DNA of 64,000 nt, taken from positions 4,576,001 to 4,640,000 of the forward strand of contig OZ244960.1 in NCBI GenBank assembly GCA_965222605.1, given 5' to 3'. The notes beneath the pieces are model-generated. The model ran no database searches. It was given only the letters and a program-made list of their open reading frames with translations, and was not told where the DNA came from. This document shows, in pieces, positions 56,815 through 64,000 of this stretch. The translations under genes were made by a program, and so were the position numbers. This DNA comes from Candidatus Latescibacterota bacterium (GTDB taxonomy: Bacteria; Latescibacterota; UBA2968). The first letter of the stretch is position 1. The number at the start of each line of letters is the position of its first letter.

Positions 56815-57803
56815 ATGCGCCTCGTCTCGGGCGAACTCATTAGTTCGCTCGCTGCTTCTAAAACTTCGACCCCCGCATCCATTTTGTACGCATTTTCGCT
56901 GATATATCGCCGCCAGGTTTTTGCACCCGGCAGGCCGGCAAATAGTCCTATGAGATGCCGCGCAATATGGTGCAATCGCGTACCGCGTTCGAGTTGATCG
57001 GAAATGTATGGCAAATACGCCTGCAAAATCTCATGCCGAGACGGTATTGGACGCACCTCCCCGAAAAATCGGTGGTCGGCATCGGATAAAAAATAGGGGT
57101 TTGAATAGGCTTCCCGTCCGATCATCACACCATCGACATGCGTCAAATGCCCAGCGGCTTCGTCGAGTGATGTAATCCCCCCATTGATCACCACTTCCAA
57201 ATCTGAGAAATCGCGTTTGATGCGATAGACTATGTCGTAAGACAATGGCGGGACTTCTCTGTTTTTTTTGGGACTCAGTCCCTGAAGCCAGGCTTTGCGC
57301 GCGTGAAACGCAAAGATGTGGCATCCCGATTCGGCAACGGTCTGGACAAAGTGTACCAGTTCCTCATAAGAATCGCGGTCGTCAACGCCAATTCGCGTTT
57401 TTACAGTCACGGGAATATTCACCGTGTCGCGCATTGCGCCTACACAATCGCGCACCCGTTCGGGCTCTTTCATCAAACACGCCCCAAAAAGCCCTGATTG
57501 CACGCGGTCGCTCGGGCATCCCACATTCAGATTGATCTCATCATATCCCCAGTCTTCCCCCACTTTGGCGCACAGCGCGAGATCGGCGGGATCGCTTCCG
57601 CCCACTTGTAGTGCTATGGGATGTTCAATCGGATGAAATCCCAATAAACGCACGCGGTCGCCGTGTATGATTGCGCCGGTGGTAACCATTTCGGTGTATA
57701 GCAAAACCCGTCGAGAGATCAGGCGCAAAAAATACCGCTCGTGCCGATCTGTACAATCCATCATGGGCGCGATTGAAAATCGCCTGCTGCATCCGATAGC
57801 CAT
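56793..57803 (-). CDS. dusA: tRNA-dihydrouridine(20/20a) synthase
   Basis: SIAPMMD.TDRH, NLNVGCPSDRVQ, HARKAWLQGLSPKKNR. Confidence 0.95.
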   Translation of the reverse strand: MAIGCSRRFSIAPMMDCTDRHERYFLRLISRRVLLYTEMVTTGAIIHGDRVRLLGFHPIEHPIALQVGGSDPADLALCAKVGEDWGYDEINLNVGCPSDRVQSGLFGACLMKEPERVRDCVGAMRDTVNIPVTVKTRIGVDDRDSYEELVHFVQTVAESGCHIFAFHARKAWLQGLSPKKNREVPPLSYDIVYRIKRDFSDLEVVINGGITSLDEAAGHLTHVDGVMIGREAYSNPYFLSDADHRFFGEVRPIPSRHEILQAYLPYISDQLERGTRLHHIARHLIGLFAGLPGAKTWRRYISENAYKMDAGVEVLEAASELMSSPETRRIYSLASS

Positions 57804-57816
57804 ATAAAAACTCAAT

Positions 57817-57855
57817 AAAAAAACGAGTCAATCACATGGGCAACCGACTCGTTTT
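57817..57855 (-). terminator. Probable terminator after the hydroxypyruvate reductase gene
   Basis: AAAACGAGTC...GACTCGTTTT with an A-run on the + strand. Confidence 0.55.
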
Positions 57856-57874
57856 GGATTAATACCAGTGTTTA

Positions 57875-59020
57875 TCACGCATAGGCGGAAAGCCCGACTT
57901 CACTCGCATTGACAATACTGGGGGCTGCCTGTGGCGGGTTGTCGCCGAGGAAGGACAAGACATCATCCGGATCTTGCCACGCGCTATATCCATTCAAAAT
58001 GCCAGCCACATTCGAGGCCGCCAAGGTGGCCATCCCCGAACGGGTCCAGATAGTCGCCGATGCGATATGCGGTACAATGACCACATTGGGCAACTCTTTC
58101 AGTCCGGGTTTCATCAGGGGTTCGTCTTCAAACACATCGAGGCCGACTTTGAAATCGGGATGGGTTTTGCAGTGTTCGACCAGGGCGACTTCGTCGATGA
58201 CCGGGCCGCGGCTGGCGTTGATCAAAATGGCATTGTCCTTCATCAGTGATAGACGCTCGGTATTCATCAAATGGAAGGTGGTGTCATCCAGCAGTGGGTG
58301 CAAGCTCACCACATCGGCGACCTTCAACACGTCTTCGACCGAGTCCAACCGCCGACACGTCACGGAGTCATCGCCTTGAGACTTTAAGAACTCGCCATAA
58401 GCCGCGATATAATTTTCCATATATTCATTTGGATATGGGTCAAAATAAACCACGTTCATCTTGAACCCTTCAATCATCATCTTGGCATAAGCACAGCCGA
58501 TGCGACCAGCACCAATCACCCCCACGGTTTTCCCTTTCATCAGCTCACCCAGATAAAGCGTGGGCAACCAGCCGTGATATTTTTCAGCGCGCATAAAAGC
58601 ATCGGCTTCGACCACCCGACGCGCCGCCGAAAAGGTCAGCGAGACGGCCATTTCTGCCGTGGTATCGGTCAATACGCCCGGCGTATTGCCCACTGGAATG
58701 CCGTATTTTGTCGCCAAGCCCACATCCACATTATTGTATCCCACGGCATAGTTGGCATAGGCTTTTCCACCTGCATTTTTGAGGGCAGAAAAGAGTTCTT
58801 CGCCCCATTTTTCGGTCAACTGCCCGATTACCGCGTCGCACTGATCGCCGATTTTGTCTTTGATTTCTTCGACACTCAAAATTTCTGTCGATGTGCCAAT
58901 CTCTACGCGGCAATCAGCAGCCGTGAGAATCTCAAGCCAGCGGTCGCCGGGCAATTCTTTGGTTACGACGACGCGCTTGCTGCCCGATTCGTTGTGTGTT
59001 CTCCAGTCATTGGTGCTCAA
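57875..59020 (-). CDS. Glycerate dehydrogenase / hydroxypyruvate reductase, plant HPR1-like
   Basis: GQLTE.WG..LFSAL..AGG, AVGYNNVDV, GNTPGVLT, PHIASA, PSIVN. Confidence 0.9.
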   Translation of the reverse strand: MSTNDWRTHNESGSKRVVVTKELPGDRWLEILTAADCRVEIGTSTEILSVEEIKDKIGDQCDAVIGQLTEKWGEELFSALKNAGGKAYANYAVGYNNVDVGLATKYGIPVGNTPGVLTDTTAEMAVSLTFSAARRVVEADAFMRAEKYHGWLPTLYLGELMKGKTVGVIGAGRIGCAYAKMMIEGFKMNVVYFDPYPNEYMENYIAAYGEFLKSQGDDSVTCRRLDSVEDVLKVADVVSLHPLLDDTTFHLMNTERLSLMKDNAILINASRGPVIDEVALVEHCKTHPDFKVGLDVFEDEPLMKPGLKELPNVVIVPHIASATIWTRSGMATLAASNVAGILNGYSAWQDPDDVLSFLGDNPPQAAPSIVNASEVGLSAYA

Positions 59021-59142
59021 AATACATCCTCCTTTAAGTATGCGTTCTATTCAGAAAATTTCGAATGTGGAATATAAACAACCAAAGCGGTTGTTTCAAG
59101 TAAATCTCGTTTTGCGTTAGAAGCTGGGGGGTGGCAGATAGT

Positions 59143-62100
59143 CTAAGCATTTTCAACCACAGGCTCGATATCGAGGACCTTGCGGTCGAGCTTGGGGGGC
59201 GTTCCTTTGCCATTGAGCCAGTAGTTAGCCATTTTTTTGGCTGCCGCCATCTTGGGCCAGATCACTTCTCGGTAGCCCCGCACGTCATCGGGCAATCGCA
59301 GTGCTTTTACATAAGTATCGTATCGCTCTGTACTGTCAAAATCAAAACCATCTACCAGGTCGATATACCAATCTCGATAGTCTTTTTCTTCGCGATGCCA
59401 GGCTGGTAGCTTGCGTAAAAAACGCGCGCGTTTCATGATATTGAGCATCCAGTCGCGGGTTTGAATATCGAATTTGATGTCCAGACCCAGCACAGTGAAA
59501 TGCGGACGGGTTAAATGCTTGTAAGAAATCCGATCGCCGCGATCTGGATCGACATCATAACGCGCACGATCGCGGCGGTATTTTTCTTCGCTTGTCAATA
59601 GATGGGCAACATAGATTTCGTCTTTATAAGCCATCACGCGGGCGAGAAAGCGCACCATAGTATCGGTTGCGCGATACTGATATTGGGCATCATCGCGGTC
59701 GTAAATCCTTTTTACGCGGTCGATATAAGACTGCGCGTATTCGATGCCGCTCCATTGGATTAGATCGTAAACGCCGAGGGCAAATTGCAATTTTGTCGCG
59801 TCAGAAAGTGACCAGTTGGCGACTGTCTCTGAGAGGGTGCGATAGGTCTCGGCCAATTTGTTGCCCCGCGTATTCGCCAAAATTTTCGCTTTATCGTCTA
59901 TAAGTCCACTGTATGTGGTTACGAGTTCGGGTTTGAAAAACGCATCGGGATCCAGTGCGGCTTTGCGCCCCATCTCAAATGCTTTGAGGTTGGCTTCGAG
60001 TTCATTCGATTTGATATTTTGCTTCATCGCCCACCGGATATTTTCCAGTGTTAGGGGCAATGCACCCCGTTGAAATGCCGCGCCCAACAAAATGCTATTG
60101 GCATAGATTTTATTGCCCAAATACCGTTCGGATATTTCGCCGAGCTCCATCCCAAAATACGTGTCGGCATTGGTATAACGCCGCAAAATATCCTCCAGAT
60201 AATCTGTATCAAAATCATCTCGTCCAATCATCGACAAAATGGTCTCGCGCTTGCCGGTTTCCACAACGGCTGTGGTGCGTTGCGGGCTACCTACGCGGCC
60301 GGTTCCATTTGGATCTAACCCGCGTACAGCCTCCAAAATATCCAATCCCAATAGCAAGTCTGCATGCCCGTAGGGCGTCAATTGTGAAATCACCCGCTCG
60401 TCTTTGGTAAAACTGACGTGCGAATACACTCCGCCGTTGCGAATAGCCAACCCTTTTTTATTTGTAAATCGCACGGTATATCCCTGCTTCGCGCCTGCAA
60501 CGGCAATAATCGCAGAAATGGTATTGATGCCCATGCCACCTACGCCAGCCACATAAGCATACCACGCCGTATCAAAGTCGCGGGATTCAGGTTCGGGAAT
60601 ATCCAATAGATCAATTGATTCGGTTTGCACCTCGGGCGCGCGTGATCGGCGAATTGTCAGGCTTTCAAAAGAAGGACATGTTTTATCGCCATTGGCAACT
60701 TCGACTTTTGTACACGCCCCATCTGCAACGCACAAAGACAGATCGGTCGCGACCTTTGACCCGTGAAGGGTTTCTTCTACGGTCAAGCCGCTGCATCCAG
60801 TTGCCTGTGTGCATTCCAGACAATATTCGCAGACTTCTGGCGTGATGTTGATATGGGTTTCTTTTTCCAGAAATCCCTTTTCCCGAACGGTCTGAATCTG
60901 CTCTGCGCGCACGCGACGGTGATATGTGATGCCACACTCTTTGTCGGCAATGACAATTTTGACGCCGTCTTTTAGCAGTGCTTGTTCCAGGACATCGCGA
61001 TACGCCTCCCGATTTGCCGGGTTCATGCGGGCGACCATCACCGGGCCATTTGTGCCGCCTCCCAAACCGCGCACGATCTGTTCGATATCCTGGGCAAAGG
61101 TCGGGCGACCCATCAGGTCAATATCTACTCCCGGTGTGGGCTGGTGCCCCGTCATCGCCGTGGTCTTATTGTCTAAAATGACATAGGTAATATCTTGCGC
61201 GTGTTTAATCGAATCGGAAATCGCCGCCATTCCACTGTGGAAAAATGTCGAATCGCCCATGAACACGAGTTGTTTGTTGTCGATAAAGGGATCGATACCC
61301 GCACCCGTGCCACCACCGAGTCCCATTCCCGACAAATTGTGCATCAGCCGGTTAAATGGCTCGTATTTCAACAGGGAATAACATCCGATATCTCCGTGAA
61401 AAATCAGATCCATCGGATCTGTGCCGTGCTTGCGCTGCATATAATTGCCATCTTGAAAATCATCGATCATCTTGTCCAGCACGCTGGCAGAATCGCGGTG
61501 CGGACAGCCCGGGCAAAACGAGGGCGTGCGAACCGATGCGTTCAGGTCAAATGTTTCTGTCTGAGCCATCAAGGCGACAACGGCATCAATGCGCTCGGCA
61601 TCTACGGGTATTGTGGGATCGTCGAGCGATTTTAACACTGGGGCCAGCACATTGAGTGTGATGCTCGGATTCAGGCCACAACTGTCGGGAAAACCTCGTC
61701 CATCGGGAAAGCGTTTGCCCCATATCCTGAACGCATTTGTTTTGCCGGCCTGATACATGTTTTGCAAAGCAGCGGCAATTTGTTCTTCCAGAAAACCGCG
61801 TTTTTCTTCTACCACGTAAATTTCATCGACCATATTTGTAAATTTGCGCAAAATTTCCGAATCAATTGGATAGGTAATACCGTATTTCAAAATGGGAATA
61901 CTACCCCCCAATCCAACCATATTGAGCGCGTGTTCCAAATAACAATAGGCCAAACTGCTGGTGACAAAGCCGATCCGCTTTTTGCCAGAGTCTGGCCGAT
62001 ATAAGATTCGATTCAGTCCGTATTCTTTTGCGAGGGTGAGCAGCTTTGGAAAACGCTGCTCGAGTACCTCCTTTTCCTTTATCACTGTATGTGGCGGAAT

Positions 62101-62748
62101 AATTACTCGATCATCTGGGGAAATCGTCAGCGGATCCAGGCGGATGGGCTGGTTAAATGTTTTTTCGGGAAACTGGTTTGCGTGTACTTTGACCGTACCT
62201 CCGCCATCTGCCTGATTGGACGTCACGAGGTAGGCGATATAAAGCCGGGTTTTTTCCGACAATTCAAAGGCGACTTTGATCCAGTCTTTCATTTCCTGAA
62301 AGGTGCTGGGTTCGAACAAGGGCATGTATAGATGTTTGGCGATAAAGCGAGAATCAGCGGGCACTTGTGTGCCTTCGGACCACGTATCATCGCCAAATAC
62401 AGCAACCGCAGCAGCACCCTCACCCGTTCCGGCCATATTGCCCAGTGCCAGCGCGTCTGAAGCGACGTGTGCGCCCACGCTTTTCATCACCGCGATGGCG
62501 CGAATAGATTCCATCTGCGCCCCATTGAGACGCGCAGCTCCCAGGGCTTCGTTGTTGGCAATTTGCACCACTATGCCTTTTTCTACCAACAACTCGCGGA
62601 TGCGCTCTGCTGCATCAAATACTTCTGCCACGGGTGAGCCGGGGTATCCTGTCATCAACCCCATGCCGCCTTCGAGGCAACCCTTGACGATCAATTCATT
62701 GCCCGTAAAAATGCCCGGGCCTTTTTCTATAGTAAATCGAGGATCCAT
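59143..62748 (-). CDS. Indolepyruvate:ferredoxin oxidoreductase family protein, fused subunits
   Basis: GYPGSP, R.PSFCPGCPH, GDSTFFHSG TPP motif, DN.TTAMTG.QP, Cys cluster, MAYKDE.YVA. Confidence 0.9.
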   Translation of the reverse strand: MDPRFTIEKGPGIFTGNELIVKGCLEGGMGLMTGYPGSPVAEVFDAAERIRELLVEKGIVVQIANNEALGAARLNGAQMESIRAIAVMKSVGAHVASDALALGNMAGTGEGAAAVAVFGDDTWSEGTQVPADSRFIAKHLYMPLFEPSTFQEMKDWIKVAFELSEKTRLYIAYLVTSNQADGGGTVKVHANQFPEKTFNQPIRLDPLTISPDDRVIIPPHTVIKEKEVLEQRFPKLLTLAKEYGLNRILYRPDSGKKRIGFVTSSLAYCYLEHALNMVGLGGSIPILKYGITYPIDSEILRKFTNMVDEIYVVEEKRGFLEEQIAAALQNMYQAGKTNAFRIWGKRFPDGRGFPDSCGLNPSITLNVLAPVLKSLDDPTIPVDAERIDAVVALMAQTETFDLNASVRTPSFCPGCPHRDSASVLDKMIDDFQDGNYMQRKHGTDPMDLIFHGDIGCYSLLKYEPFNRLMHNLSGMGLGGGTGAGIDPFIDNKQLVFMGDSTFFHSGMAAISDSIKHAQDITYVILDNKTTAMTGHQPTPGVDIDLMGRPTFAQDIEQIVRGLGGGTNGPVMVARMNPANREAYRDVLEQALLKDGVKIVIADKECGITYHRRVRAEQIQTVREKGFLEKETHINITPEVCEYCLECTQATGCSGLTVEETLHGSKVATDLSLCVADGACTKVEVANGDKTCPSFESLTIRRSRAPEVQTESIDLLDIPEPESRDFDTAWYAYVAGVGGMGINTISAIIAVAGAKQGYTVRFTNKKGLAIRNGGVYSHVSFTKDERVISQLTPYGHADLLLGLDILEAVRGLDPNGTGRVGSPQRTTAVVETGKRETILSMIGRDDFDTDYLEDILRRYTNADTYFGMELGEISERYLGNKIYANSILLGAAFQRGALPLTLENIRWAMKQNIKSNELEANLKAFEMGRKAALDPDAFFKPELVTTYSGLIDDKAKILANTRGNKLAETYRTLSETVANWSLSDATKLQFALGVYDLIQWSGIEYAQSYIDRVKRIYDRDDAQYQYRATDTMVRFLARVMAYKDEIYVAHLLTSEEKYRRDRARYDVDPDRGDRISYKHLTRPHFTVLGLDIKFDIQTRDWMLNIMKRARFLRKLPAWHREEKDYRDWYIDLVDGFDFDSTERYDTYVKALRLPDDVRGYREVIWPKMAAAKKMANYWLNGKGTPPKLDRKVLDIEPVVENA

Positions 62749-62756
62749 AATACCCT

Positions 62757-63998
62757 TTAGAATGCCGTGCTTTGCCAATCGGGATTGTAGATTTCACCCG
62801 ACATGGTCGAATGTACCAATTCGTAAACGCCGGTTCCTCGGCGATCAAAAAATATAAAAATATATCGTCCCGACTTTTCGTAAGTCCAGGTATCTATGGC
62901 TTTGCCTATAGCAGCCGATGTGGTGTAGTCTCGCTCGCTGGGCGGCCCGTATTTGACATAAACACGTCCTTTGTCTGTATCTGACCCCTGTTTACCCGGT
63001 TGTGACGTAAACGTATCGTCGGAGTATTTCATGCGATGTATATGATCTCGAAGCCGTTCATTTAAGGGCGTGTTTGAGGTCGGATCCAGTTTTTTCCAAA
63101 ATGCCCGAAGGAATTTCATTTTTGACGCCTGTGTTGGCAAAGACTCGTAGATAGAGAGATCTTTTTCAGATGCAATGTGATGAATGGTTTGAAAATATCT
63201 CAATTGCTCCTGTTGTGCTTCTGTCAATTCTGGATTTTCGTTTTCATCTGAAAGGAGAAAGACTTTGCGTTTGTGGCGAAGATGTTCGCGCGTGCCGCGG
63301 TCAAATAACTCGATCTGCAAATCGTACGCGCCGCCCGATAATCCTTCTGTTTCCAGGGTTTCTGTTTTTACTACGCTTTCGCCGGGCTTGATCAATCGCT
63401 TTGCCGGATACGATTTGACAACGACATCGGCGGTGTCGAGCAGACTGTATCCCAGGACAAATGAATCATTGGGATTGTTGGGCATGACCTTAAAATTGTA
63501 AACCTCAAAGTAGATCTGAATCGGCTTGCCCGCGCGGAAAAACCGCGTGGTATTGGGCACGACGCGCCATCCATTTTTGACAAAACGCCCGGCAGATTCG
63601 GCTTTTTTCAATTCCGAAGCGAAAACCAAATCGCTCACGACCAGCTCTGTGCCCTCAAAACGACGCACGCGCATATTCCCTTCACAAGTGCCTGAAATAT
63701 CTCCATAAATATCTTCGGCTTTCAGCGTCATTTTGTAGGGGGCCGGCGCGATATCAAGTGCGATGATATCGCGCACCAGCGCGCCATCCTGTTTCAATTC
63801 TCGGATATTTGCCACCGAAACATTTCGCGTCCACAACTCTTGCACCATGGGATTTCCCGCGGAATCTTGCAGAGAAAGCTCAAAGTCAATTTGCGAAATG
63901 TATTTGCCGTCTTCGGGTACAAACTGCAATTGTCGCGCATCGATTAATGTATAGACTTCCAGACGCGTGAGATTTTGAGGCCCCCGAAATGAGGCAGT
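62757..63998 (-). CDS. GWxTD-domain protein, 5' partial
   Basis: FWKKLDP....LNE, TDKGRVYVKYGPP, WTY, FIFFD..G.G.Y.L; frame is open to the window edge. Confidence 0.85.
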   Translation of the reverse strand, partial: TASFRGPQNLTRLEVYTLIDARQLQFVPEDGKYISQIDFELSLQDSAGNPMVQELWTRNVSVANIRELKQDGALVRDIIALDIAPAPYKMTLKAEDIYGDISGTCEGNMRVRRFEGTELVVSDLVFASELKKAESAGRFVKNGWRVVPNTTRFFRAGKPIQIYFEVYNFKVMPNNPNDSFVLGYSLLDTADVVVKSYPAKRLIKPGESVVKTETLETEGLSGGAYDLQIELFDRGTREHLRHKRKVFLLSDENENPELTEAQQEQLRYFQTIHHIASEKDLSIYESLPTQASKMKFLRAFWKKLDPTSNTPLNERLRDHIHRMKYSDDTFTSQPGKQGSDTDKGRVYVKYGPPSERDYTTSAAIGKAIDTWTYEKSGRYIFIFFDRRGTGVYELVHSTMSGEIYNPDWQSTAF

Positions 63999-64000
63999 TT

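Overview
Bacterial DNA. The gene content (sulfatases, PhyH dioxygenases, WD40/YWTD repeat proteins, PorV-family barrels, a GWxTD protein) suggests an FCB-related, possibly sponge-associated organism; this is inference only. Left half (about 1.0-34.0 kb): a membrane histidine kinase and sigma-54 response regulator precede a mosaic surface-protein island. The island has two copies of a sigma-54 promoter with tandem enhancer sites, a CDP-alcohol phosphatidyltransferase/flippase pair, and three PorV-like barrels. It also has seven secreted proteins built from shuffled Sm/SH3-like modules, ending either in a small beta-barrel or in a Gly-rich segment plus beta-hairpin, and large secreted WD40 proteins carrying a paired EF-hand/dockerin-like tag. 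Short gene scars (DUF2442 3' end in three copies counting the intact gene, DUF4160 in two, two other gene tails) suggest several diverged versions of one cassette stacked in tandem and then eroded. A TnpB-only IS605-type element and a MITE are inserted in it. Right half (34-64 kb): mostly catabolic or housekeeping genes (modA, oxidoreductases, sulfatase, PhyH x3, PL2 lyase, dusA, plant-like hydroxypyruvate reductase, IOR-family oxidoreductase, GWxTD protein), plus an IS982-like element splitting an MBL-fold hydrolase. No rRNA, tRNA, CRISPR array or reverse transcriptase was seen. All family calls come from motif recognition by eye; no database searches were run.
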